Positions 39,101 through 47,568 of a DNA stretch of 64,000 nt are shown here, one piece after another. This stretch comes from an uncultured virus (IMG/VR IMGVR_UViG_3300033074_002116) (lineage: Duplodnaviria; Heunggongvirae; Uroviricota; Caudoviricetes). The DNA is taken from the IMG/VR virus record IMGVR_UViG_3300033074_002116; one strand, written 5' to 3'. A program made the translations under genes and the position numbers. Position 1 is the stretch's first letter. The number at the start of each line of letters is the position of its first letter. Under the pieces are notes generated by a model. The model searched no databases. It was not told the origin of the DNA and saw nothing but the letters and a program-made list of their open reading frames with translations.

Positions 39101-39804
39101 GAAGTCTTTCCTGATCCGTCGGTATTTCGGTACACGCTTGCATTCGGGTCGTGCGTCGCAACCATTTGTAGGATATAGGTGTCCGACGCTGCTGTGAAAC
39201 TATCTCCGTATGCCCAGTCAGCAAATATCGGGTCTGTATATGCAGTAGCGACGCCCCCCGATTCAAGTTGGACCCCATCAACGTAGAAATCGGCAGTTTC
39301 GTTAGCGGCAGTCCGGATTTGGATTTTTGCGCCTCCGGCAGAAGTACCAAACGTTTTATTGATGGAGTATCGGGTGAATGTGCTCGTCAGAGTAATGGTG
39401 CTGGATGCAACGTTGTTGATGTACGTTCCGTTCGAGGCGTATTCGTAGAGATATATTTTGACTGTTCCGTTGCCCTTGAGGTACGTTGAAGCCGTGTATT
39501 GCTGACCGGGAGTTATGTTGGTGGCGGGATCTGTATATATTCCCTCTCCTATGATTAGGTGGGGTGTGGTGGCGCCGATTGAGTAATTTCCCTGCCATGC
39601 TGTAGAGTTGGTGGCCGTGAGTGTCACGCCGGAACTTGCCAAAAATCCGTCCGTTATGGCGAACTCTCCACCATCGGCAGAATTGAGCCACAATATATTT
39701 TCTGCCCCCGCCATTCCCACCAGCATCCCAAAAATCAGGATACCGATCAATGCCAGTTGCCACTTCCGGATCCCGGCTTTCCCTTCGCTTGTTTTACCTT
39801 TCAT
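36103..39804 (-). CDS. 1233-aa secreted adhesin: CBM-like domain, SGNH/GDSL hydrolase, three PKD domains, two cohesin-like repeats
   Basis: FYVDGVQLE (CBM-like); AYGDSFT, FGANDW, DVVHPN (SGNH); WHWDFGDG, YSWSFGDG, WSWDFGD (PKD); repeated INN.TPYT.TVV..NITNTT.V.GN. Confidence 0.85.
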   Translation of the reverse strand: MKGKTSEGKAGIRKWQLALIGILIFGMLVGMAGAENILWLNSADGGEFAITDGFLASSGVTLTATNSTAWQGNYSIGATTPHLIIGEGIYTDPATNITPGQQYTASTYLKGNGTVKIYLYEYASNGTYINNVASSTITLTSTFTRYSINKTFGTSAGGAKIQIRTAANETADFYVDGVQLESGGVATAYTDPIFADWAYGDSFTAASDTYILQMVATHDPNASVYRNTDGSGKTSIWGLANVATHPLYGVPRKSFTLFGANDWNYTTGEGTCENLIGIADSQSAAGSIPYILINTVFNTTRFWNSTYSEQWAKIYAIEACLDARNRSYIKAFDAVDSIPGNGIPDEINESLMRDVVHPNTEGQRLIGEYVWAHLATGTAAFTANATSGTAPLSVQFNDTTSLDPTLWHWDFGDGNTSTVQNATHTFGVGNWSVNLTATNAAGSNTSASQWINVTSGADPNPYSWIKFKAGESLSINNGTPYTATVVVRNITNTTNVIGNISFNQTVFAVNNLRINTSSIPSGLVLDSYDINANWINFSVSRAAGIAIPYPNGAAILDLNVSYVSYAAPGYSVLASFTNASKYYDSTNLTYWPFNTLSSGYAVAGKWGSSPGSVIKYKSLTSSTQINNQTPYTETVVIQNITNTTSVRGNLTWNTAHVGVSNLRVNTSQTAGLSLISSSINSTGGFANFVVNKSGGIPIPTSSTAILDFDITYTKYISPGSLDNFSFGSSQYETDGTYYTFGSSVNYSAIIGTWGPITANFTGSPTLVAGGFPVTFTDNSFGYPSAYSWSFGDGNTSSVKNPTYTYSSIGLYTVSETAYMSENASVTNTLTRTNYINVTTAVPASPVANFTGTPTTVSVGSSVQFNDTSTGIPTSWSWDFGDTFGSTLQNPVHAYSSAGNYTVNLTVTNGIGSNTTSKINYIWVKSGFSGYTQQDLVMDPLYTLTLNFVDSSTNLPIPIVRVVNAADGTSVNTPTGTYTGTFGYSTVVLYLYSDGYQSKTVSYIMTADRVETVQMTAATTQSQNTNIIYTQHQVRLRVLDLWANPLKGITITASYVNSTLPGNNATFLEQAFGVSASVAETMMNSGMAMQGITATDGAQVFTMFPSLTYSLSMVNSTAGVSCQKSLAPEDNDYILYCPTSSQSLGYNTTATQLAKSYVWLSEPNKSYVTANYQYQDPLGLTTDLFMNLTCKDNGTVFWSHDYGNPGTSLIEFNYTIPNVRGMTINYGMYPVRSG

Positions 39805-41429
39805 TTCCTTATTTCACTCCTTTTTCCGTGATGGAATGCAACCGGGATCACTGCGTCTGTCACGTAATATGTGCTGCCATTGCTAACATAGAATGCCATA
39901 TTCCCGTCGGTCGCATTCCGGAAAAATACCTCAGTGCCGTCGGTTACGTTCCGGACAGTATATGCCGGGTTGTAGGTAATATTTACCTCGACCAATGCAG
40001 GATAGCCGTTGGTATGTGCTGTGAAATTGAGCAACGCGTTCGGGTCTGTATTTTCGATAAATGCAGCATCGTTCGTATTTGTTGACATTTTCCACCAGTC
40101 TATAAAAGGCACAAATATTGTGTTTTTTGCGGAATACCCAGTAACAAACGAATTGTATTTCGAAGGGTCTATAGATGCCGCAATAGCAGGGGAAACGTCG
40201 GTTTGGTGGGTGAACGAACGGTAAATAATACCAGATGGCTGAACGGTGCTCCACCACCCATCCCACGTTGCATTTTCAAGGTTCCCTATATTGGGGAGAG
40301 ATTTTACCCCGGTATATCCGTTTCTTGATATCATGCCATATTTGGTATATGCATAATTTGAATTTTCCCAGCTCTCATTATCTTGGAGAGAGCAAAACGA
40401 TGTAGGGGTCTGATTAAATATGGATATAATTGCCGTTGTATTTGAATCAATTGCTTTTTCTGCCTCTGATGTGTTGAGTTTGCCCAGATCAACCGTTTCG
40501 TGCTCTCCCAATTCCCATCCCTGCGAAAGGAGAGTTTTTGTGTATGATACAACATCTGGATCATTTAGATAGTTAGGATCTGCCCATATTGTGGCTCTTC
40601 CATTATTTGCAGAGATTAATAAAGATCCATTATGCCAAGTCGATAACGGATTCTGTGGACCATCAACCCCGGTGGCAAGAGATAGGGGATCCCCGATAGA
40701 AGTAATGTTCCCATTTTTGATTATGCTTTGATTTATCGAATGTATTACTAAGGTTTCGTTCGTCTCTGCTGCTGTAGGCACCCCCTGAAATGTAATCGTG
40801 TTTGTCGAAGGGATCTCATACGGGAGCGTAGTTACGACCCCCGGTTGGTTAAGTGTCGAGGTCATATTATACGATCCTACAGTCACAGTATAACTTTGAT
40901 TATACCCATCAAAATCCAATTGTAGAGTTACCGGGGATGGATAATTAGCAGTTGTGATAAATGATTGCCGACCATTTGTACCATTCGGCCTCTGATAATA
41001 TTGATAAACTATTACAGCATTGCTTGAAGATCTCTGGAATATAACGTACATATTTCCACTGACAATGTTAACGTAAGAATTCCAATTTGTTCTATTTATA
41101 TCCAGTGTGATATAATAACTTGTTTTCACGGCAGGAGATAATCCCCCAACTATGAGCATTCCCTTACTATTCGTAATATTCCAGTTTCCGGTAACCCCGG
41201 TGCCGGGAGAAAATCCCCATGAAGCGTTTACGGTATATGGACTGACTGCGTTTGCCATGGCTATATCTGATGGTGTACTACTCATTGATGTATAATTATT
41301 GGAGTAAAGTATAATGTTCGATGCACTAGAGACACCCATCAAAGCCGCCATCATCACAAGGCCAATTATTCCCAGCTGCCACTTCTGGACCTCTCGTTTT
41401 ACCGTGCTTGTTTCATCATTGTTTTTCAT
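39801..41429 (-). CDS. Secreted glycoprotein with a NodB/polysaccharide-deacetylase-like domain
   Basis: GVDGP, ATIW, GWELGEHET.DLGKL..EAEKAI...TPTSF; signal peptide. Confidence 0.65.
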   Translation of the reverse strand: MKNNDETSTVKREVQKWQLGIIGLVMMAALMGVSSASNIILYSNNYTSMSSTPSDIAMANAVSPYTVNASWGFSPGTGVTGNWNITNSKGMLIVGGLSPAVKTSYYITLDINRTNWNSYVNIVSGNMYVIFQRSSSNAVIVYQYYQRPNGTNGRQSFITTANYPSPVTLQLDFDGYNQSYTVTVGSYNMTSTLNQPGVVTTLPYEIPSTNTITFQGVPTAAETNETLVIHSINQSIIKNGNITSIGDPLSLATGVDGPQNPLSTWHNGSLLISANNGRATIWADPNYLNDPDVVSYTKTLLSQGWELGEHETVDLGKLNTSEAEKAIDSNTTAIISIFNQTPTSFCSLQDNESWENSNYAYTKYGMISRNGYTGVKSLPNIGNLENATWDGWWSTVQPSGIIYRSFTHQTDVSPAIAASIDPSKYNSFVTGYSAKNTIFVPFIDWWKMSTNTNDAAFIENTDPNALLNFTAHTNGYPALVEVNITYNPAYTVRNVTDGTEVFFRNATDGNMAFYVSNGSTYYVTDAVIPVAFHHGKRSEIRK

Positions 41430-41452
41430 TTCCTTAAAATTACAAAACCACT

Positions 41453-43192
41453 TCACGTTCCCACCGCCGTTACTTTATGCACGATCGAATTATTAAACCC
41501 GGACTTACTACTCCACACATCATACACCATACCATTGACCAAGTTGTTTACAACACACCATCCAGCAATGTTGGTAGTACAGGTATATTCAGTACCATTT
41601 TTAACGTGACGGGTTGCATTCGTTATTGGATTACCATATTGCCCATCTGCTACAACTCCCCCTATTGCAACACCGGTATAGGTGTGCGTAGTTGGAGAGA
41701 GCGAGATATTCAAAGGGAGATTCCCTGCAGATAGCGGTTTAAATGTTCTTGTGTTATTTGAATATCCGCTTTTTGTTGTAAGCAATGAAATATCTGTACC
41801 GGTTAACCAATATTGGGTGGTGTTCCCCCATCCGGTAGATGCAGAAGTATATGCGATGCTTGTTGATCCCTGCGTCGCGGTCACTGTTGCTCCGGAAAGA
41901 ACCGTTGCGTTTTCCTGGTTCATTACATAACCGGAAAGATAGACATATGCAGACACCTCTGTTGCCGAGTGTGCCATAATATAATTAGTGGTTGAGGATA
42001 TGGGCATTGCATTGAGTTCCGCGTAATAAACCCCGGGGGACACTCCATTAAGTGGCATCAAAATTGAACCACTCTGGGAAGAGACTGATTGTGTTCCCAC
42101 AACAGTACCATAAATATCTACAACCTTTATATTGTACGTGTAGGAAAGTGTATTGTAATAAGCTGTTGGAATTGAATACGAGATATTTGCTGTTTCACCG
42201 TTACCATACGTTCCTTTCTCCCACGACACTATAGAACCGAGCGCGGCGGTTACACTGAAGTAATCCGACGATCGGACACTGCCGGTTGTGGCATCTCTAA
42301 GATATATTGTGTATATTCCATATTCCAACGGAGAGTTGTCAATATATGATGAATTAAACTGAACCGGAATAATCCCACATGCGGAATTATAATGTGCAAA
42401 ATTTATATAAGTATCGCTGGTTTGTTTTCCCGAGGGACTAACTATTACAACATGATATCGGGTATTTGGTGGATTTGTAATATCCCATCCATCTGCATAA
42501 GGACCGATGCTGAATTGGAGATTTAAGTACGAATTGTTGACAATTTGATCGGCTGCATTATATTCTCTGGTTATTGTAGATAGAAGATCCCGATTAATTA
42601 CAAAGGTATGTGGTGGGGCCGATATGAGTGCGGTGTCCGTATACAAATTGTCTGAAGAGAGATCATCAATATAACTAAATGTGGGGCTATACCCATATCT
42701 CGAAACACCGAAAGCAAACATATATGCCGGATAAGTTGAAACTCCCGTGATTGTAGTGGATAAAACTCCATCTAAATATACATACTCGTTTGATCCCGAA
42801 ATAACAACTTCGTATCTATGCTCTATATAACTAGCCCCTATACGATTATTAGTCAAAAGGTTGCCGGATGCATCAAACGTTCGGAGATCTATTATCGGAC
42901 CCCCGCTTGGATTACTGGAGCGCATTGTGGCGGCAACATATGATAACGGAGTGCCCACCACCGGAGATAAAAGATTAGCAGAATCTCCATTGGAGTTAAC
43001 GTTTGCTCCATATGTATCGGAATATGCCGAATTTATATTGTAATTAAATCCCGGACCAAAGGTGCATGTTTGATAACCATCCCCAATGCAGGTGTATGCC
43101 CTTTCACCATTATTCATATTATCTGACCATGCCATGGACCCGGCTATGCACCCCATCATGAGACAGACCATTACAAAAAGGCGCCACTTCAT
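41453..43192 (-). CDS. Secreted beta-rich glycoprotein with carboxypeptidase-regulatory-like domains
   Basis: Signal peptide; LSGYVMN...LSGATV; GGVVADG.GNPI.NAT; TKSGY/SKSGF. Confidence 0.7.
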   Translation of the reverse strand: MKWRLFVMVCLMMGCIAGSMAWSDNMNNGERAYTCIGDGYQTCTFGPGFNYNINSAYSDTYGANVNSNGDSANLLSPVVGTPLSYVAATMRSSNPSGGPIIDLRTFDASGNLLTNNRIGASYIEHRYEVVISGSNEYVYLDGVLSTTITGVSTYPAYMFAFGVSRYGYSPTFSYIDDLSSDNLYTDTALISAPPHTFVINRDLLSTITREYNAADQIVNNSYLNLQFSIGPYADGWDITNPPNTRYHVVIVSPSGKQTSDTYINFAHYNSACGIIPVQFNSSYIDNSPLEYGIYTIYLRDATTGSVRSSDYFSVTAALGSIVSWEKGTYGNGETANISYSIPTAYYNTLSYTYNIKVVDIYGTVVGTQSVSSQSGSILMPLNGVSPGVYYAELNAMPISSTTNYIMAHSATEVSAYVYLSGYVMNQENATVLSGATVTATQGSTSIAYTSASTGWGNTTQYWLTGTDISLLTTKSGYSNNTRTFKPLSAGNLPLNISLSPTTHTYTGVAIGGVVADGQYGNPITNATRHVKNGTEYTCTTNIAGWCVVNNLVNGMVYDVWSSKSGFNNSIVHKVTAVGT

Positions 43193-43311
43193 AATCGCAG
43201 CCTCCGCCTAATGAATTTATCAAAAGACTCGTTTGGTTTCTTTTGCTTTTGAACTTCTCTAACGGTTTTTTTGGTTAATCTCTGGCTGGTGTAATCAGAT
43301 TTTCCACTCAT
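43189..43311 (-). CDS. RHH/antitoxin-like protein (40 aa, not in ORF track) heading the adhesin operon
   Basis: MSGKSDYTSQRLTKKTVREVQKQKKPNESFDKFIRRRL; ATGA overlap; TTTATAAATA upstream. Confidence 0.65.
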   Translation of the reverse strand: MSGKSDYTSQRLTKKTVREVQKQKKPNESFDKFIRRRLRL

Positions 43312-43464
43312 AGAGAGAATATGATGTATGCAAACTATTTATAAATGTATGCGCTAGGAAAAAGGGGGGGTATAATGGGTTTAGATGTGCTGTAAAATGA
43401 CATCGTGTCCTTTTTTTTAATGGATTTCTTGGGTTTGAACCAAAAGTTGAAACAACTATAATTT

Positions 43465-44358
43465 TTATAATCCCTCTACGTAACTATCCCCAAAATCGGT
43501 TTTTAGAAGTTCCTGATATGATTTGTAATCAAGAATTTTTATTATTTCATTACACCGTTTTAGAAACGTTTGGTAGCTTCGAGAGTCGGGTTTGATGCTA
43601 ACGGACCAATCTCCTGTTTGTTTGTCTTGTTTTAGATAATTTTTAAGCCCCTTCTTCTGTAAATCCAACAGTATGCCCGTTGCTTTTGTTTCAAATTTCT
43701 TTTTATCATCGATGAATTTCCATAAAGAGTGGCAGCGTTCCAATAATTGCGTTGTTTTAAATGGCTTGTTATTGTAACCAAATCTCTGCAACTGGTTTAG
43801 AATTTCTTTTGTAAACATTTCGATATCATTCTCATCGAATGGGTACAGGAACGTAGGTGGTTCGGTAAGATATGTATCAATTGGAAAAATCTCTTCCAAA
43901 TTTTTTTTAATAAATGTCCCGTTTGTCTTCCATATTGATTTTATTTTGAAGTTTGGCAACCTTTCAACGTGAAGACAGATCATCCCATATTTAATAATTA
44001 ATTCGTTTGTGGCCAAATTCTCAAATGACGAATACGCCGCATCAATTTTAAATTGGTCTTTGTGTATAATGGGGATTTTACCGCTTTCAATAAGTGCTGA
44101 CGGATTCTTGCGCATTCTGTCGTATTTTTGCATTTGAATTTCTTTAAGATAATTACCCGAAGATTTGCATTCAAACAGTATTGAGTGGTTAGTTTTATTA
44201 TTGGTAATAAGAATGTCTGGGCGGGATACCGGAATTTTTAACTCAATTTTTGAAATCTTATAATCTTTTTGAGTAAATGGATTAGGCCAATGAGGCACAT
44301 TATGGCACAATCCGATTACAATATTCATCAATCGTGTATGGTCACCTAATTTTGCCAC
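43465..44358 (-). CDS. PD-(D/E)xK nuclease-domain protein
   Basis: SRPDILIT...SILFECKS motif; AT-rich gene. Confidence 0.65.
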   Translation of the reverse strand: MAKLGDHTRLMNIVIGLCHNVPHWPNPFTQKDYKISKIELKIPVSRPDILITNNKTNHSILFECKSSGNYLKEIQMQKYDRMRKNPSALIESGKIPIIHKDQFKIDAAYSSFENLATNELIIKYGMICLHVERLPNFKIKSIWKTNGTFIKKNLEEIFPIDTYLTEPPTFLYPFDENDIEMFTKEILNQLQRFGYNNKPFKTTQLLERCHSLWKFIDDKKKFETKATGILLDLQKKGLKNYLKQDKQTGDWSVSIKPDSRSYQTFLKRCNEIIKILDYKSYQELLKTDFGDSYVEGL

Positions 44359-45484
44359 TGTTCAACCCTTCTAATGATGCATTCGCATCATAGTATCTTT
44401 GCAGGTTGCATAAAAACCTCATGATTGTGTTTCCACAAGCATCATGGGGCAAATAAATCCTAATCCAATTTGGTGTAACCTCTAATCTAAAATCATCCCC
44501 ATTGTGGAGATCTAAACACGAAAGAAGGTATGTTCCGGATTCCAATTTGGTATCAAACCCAGAAATTCGGAATGGTTCCCGCGCTGTAAAAATTGTCTGG
44601 ATAAACAACTCCATATCCTCAATTTCTTTCTTAAAATCTATGCACAGGGGCGCACCTTTGATCGTAAAACCGCCCCCGGATTCTGGATAAGATATGTTAT
44701 ATTCGTTTTCAATTATGGCCAAATCTCTTTCATATTTATCCCGGATATCGGAAACAGTACTAATGTGCTCATAAATCGATGTTCCCTTAACGGTAAATTT
44801 CCCTTGGTAATAAACATCCTCCAATAATAAGTTTGGTTTTAGACTTTCATCCGGTCGGTATATCTTTTTGAATCCTACACTTGATAATGCGAATAAATTT
44901 GATAATCTTGGATCTGTGGTAAATAAATCATATAATATATCTGAAGGAATACCATTAGCTCTTAGCGAGAAACTATCTCCAAAATCCGTGGTTGGGAAAA
45001 CATCCCCGTGGCGATACTGAACACCTATACTTTTTGTATAGTCGGCATGCTGCGTTTTTATATTCTGAAGAGAATTTCGATCTAACCAAAGATTATCTAA
45101 CCGACTCATCAACGGCTGTATCAATTTATTTAATATCCAATCAGTGTCCTTTGCAGAACTAATTGTATGAAATGACCAAAATCTTGCATTTGTTGAGTCT
45201 ATGTAAAAATTTACTTCAGTTTCAGCCTTTTTATAATCTAAAATATACGCGGTTTTGTCAATTTTATTCCAATTTATGCTTGCCCCGCCATTTAATGATT
45301 GCAAAAAAGTCATTATATTTTTATGATTGCTTTCAATAATGTATGTTTTTAATAAATTCTTCCCATATTCATATTCGCCTTCGGATTTAATTTTTTCATA
45401 TGTTTTCGACATGTGGTCTTCTAGAAACGAGCAAACTTCCCCTTTGTTTTTTAGTTTATTTGGAATTTTTATGGTGCTGCTCAT
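44342..45484 (-). CDS. 380-aa hypothetical protein, partner of the nuclease
   Basis: Long AT-rich ORF overlapping both neighbours; motifs LKTYIIE, RFWSFHT, GKFTVKG, DLHNGD, CGNT.MR. Confidence 0.75.
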   Translation of the reverse strand: MSSTIKIPNKLKNKGEVCSFLEDHMSKTYEKIKSEGEYEYGKNLLKTYIIESNHKNIMTFLQSLNGGASINWNKIDKTAYILDYKKAETEVNFYIDSTNARFWSFHTISSAKDTDWILNKLIQPLMSRLDNLWLDRNSLQNIKTQHADYTKSIGVQYRHGDVFPTTDFGDSFSLRANGIPSDILYDLFTTDPRLSNLFALSSVGFKKIYRPDESLKPNLLLEDVYYQGKFTVKGTSIYEHISTVSDIRDKYERDLAIIENEYNISYPESGGGFTIKGAPLCIDFKKEIEDMELFIQTIFTAREPFRISGFDTKLESGTYLLSCLDLHNGDDFRLEVTPNWIRIYLPHDACGNTIMRFLCNLQRYYDANASLEGLNSGKIR

Positions 45485-45662
45485 ATGAAGACCTCCTCAA
45501 TTCAATAACATTTTTTCTTACAGAGTCTTTCACAAATTCTTGGATTGAAACAAAACCCATCCATTTCTCGCTATCCACGATACGAATAATCTCTTCAACC
45601 ATCTCTTTGGGCATGCCTATCTTAACATATTCGGTTTTATCTTTGTCGGGATATGAAACCAT
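45456..45662 (-). CDS. CopG/RHH transcriptional regulator
   Basis: YVKIGMPKEMVEEI...GFVSIQEFVKDSVRK. Confidence 0.75.
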   Translation of the reverse strand: MVSYPDKDKTEYVKIGMPKEMVEEIIRIVDSEKWMGFVSIQEFVKDSVRKNVIELRRSSYEQHHKNSK

Positions 45663-45893
45663 ACATTCACCATATATAGTGAATATGTAGTATCTCTAAA
45701 ACTAAGAATCTTTCGGCGCGGGAGTTTTTGGCGAAACGTGATCTTGTGGATGGGAAAACGGGTTAAGGTGCTTCTTTTAGATCCGGTTGGGGAGAACAAA
45801 GAATGGAAAAGATTTTGTCGTCGAAAGAAGTAGCGGAAGAAGAATAAAAACAAAATCGATATATTAATGGTATAATAAATATCTCAGTCCGAT

Positions 45894-46331
45894 ATGAACA
45901 GTTCTGAGGGCAATATTGATGGGGGCAAAGAATTTGGTTTGGGATTGGGGGAAGGGGTTGCCCTTATTACAATAGAATTTTTAATTTTTGTTTTTGAAAA
46001 AGTAAACGAATCGATGCCTACAATAATAGCTAGCATGCCTAAATCCGAGGCATCAAATCAAATATTTTTCAATTTTTCGACATTAATTGGAGTTTTTATT
46101 TTAGTTACAATAATTCAAAGCCTTTTGATCGGCGCCCTTAAATCAATACCCTTTGTTTTTGGGTATTTGTTTGGAGTCGGAATTTTTTTGTTTGCTTTCA
46201 TATTTTATGTATTAAATTTGATTCCATCCGTCGTCTACGGGATGGCGGTTTCGTTTTTGATTGTAATTGCGTGCTTGATCTTCCGGTTACACCTTAAAAA
46301 ACCAAAATACAATGATCCGTGGAACGATTAA
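45894..46331 (+). CDS. Four-TM membrane protein
   Basis: Hydrophobic helices; AT-rich; own TATA upstream. Confidence 0.7.
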   Translation: MNSSEGNIDGGKEFGLGLGEGVALITIEFLIFVFEKVNESMPTIIASMPKSEASNQIFFNFSTLIGVFILVTIIQSLLIGALKSIPFVFGYLFGVGIFLFAFIFYVLNLIPSVVYGMAVSFLIVIACLIFRLHLKKPKYNDPWND

Positions 46332-46541
46332 CCCAATCAAAACACTTGTTGAAATTATCACCAAATTATCTTTCTTCGATAGAGGGATCGCATAATTTAC
46401 AACAGTAATAAAAAATGCACCAAACATCAGTGCAATTGCCAGATTAACTAAAAACAATAATAAAATAAGCGCCGTCCCAACAATCGCCATTATCATTACT
46501 CTGTCTTTTGAAAAAGGACACGATGTCATTTTACACCACAT

Positions 46542-46934
46542 TTAGAGGGTCGTTTGTGAAATTACTCGCATACTTTCATCATCGAAATATCCTGTTACGA
46601 CGACACGGTTGTTTCCCGGTGATTTTGCCACCACCGATGTTACTGATCCGACTGCAACGGGGGTTCCGTTTATCCAGGTGTTTGATCCACCATCAACGCT
46701 TGCTGCAATACCAAGCAACGAACCGGCGTCCTGTCCCCCAATATATGTTATGGAGATGGCGCTAGTATTAACACGAGTTTCTGTTACAGCAACAACTTTG
46801 GTTGTTTGGATCTGCCCCGACATGCCAAATACGAAGGCGGCGATGACTGCGGTAAGTATGACCGTAATCGCAACCATGAGGATTGCGCCAATTACCGGGG
46901 ATACAGCTTCGGTTTTATTTATGCGGTTAATCAT
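46542..46934 (-). CDS. Archaeal type IV pilin (DUF1628/Pilin_N)
   Basis: Class III signal-peptide N-terminus KTEAVSPVIGAILMVAITVILTAVIAAFVFGM; ITYIGGQDA motif typical of Methanomicrobiales pilins. Confidence 0.9.
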   Translation of the reverse strand: MINRINKTEAVSPVIGAILMVAITVILTAVIAAFVFGMSGQIQTTKVVAVTETRVNTSAISITYIGGQDAGSLLGIAASVDGGSNTWINGTPVAVGSVTSVVAKSPGNNRVVVTGYFDDESMRVISQTTL

Positions 46935-47568
46935 TTTTCTTCTCCTTTTCTTTGGCGGTACGTTCGTCGTAACCGCAGGCACGGCAGACAAGCATGCCTC
47001 CGACAAGGCGGTAAACCTGACCAGATCCGCACTCAGGGCATCGGGGTTTTTCTGCCATATATTATGTGTGTGTGCGTGTGCATAAATAACTTTCTGTTTT
47101 AATTTACAAAATAGATAAAAAAAGATTAGGTGGGATTGTCAATGGCGATTCCCATGCGCTGTTTGAAGATATTTATCCTTTCATGGATTTCTTTAGCTTC
47201 TTTTAAGCGGCAATCAATCTGGTTGATCATGCGCTGCCGGATATCCTCTTTATCTAAAGTGGCCTCACAAGAGAGGTTGTTTTTTGTGCAGGTGTCGCAA
47301 GTTGGGCATTTATATGGTGCATGTTTGGTCTGTTCCATGATTTCACCTATAATATAATATGCGTTCAAAGTATATTAATTATATACATTTCAAATTGTTG
47401 TTGTCTCTTTCTTCTGCCATCCCCGTCGCTGTACTATTGTTTTTCTGGTGTAGTGCTTTCTGAAATACGATTCCCGTCATTCCCTTTTGAAAAAGAATAG
47501 GCCGGTTTTGTTATCCGAGATTTTGTTGGGACGAATGTTTCGGCTTCTTCCGCAGCCACAGGAACAAA

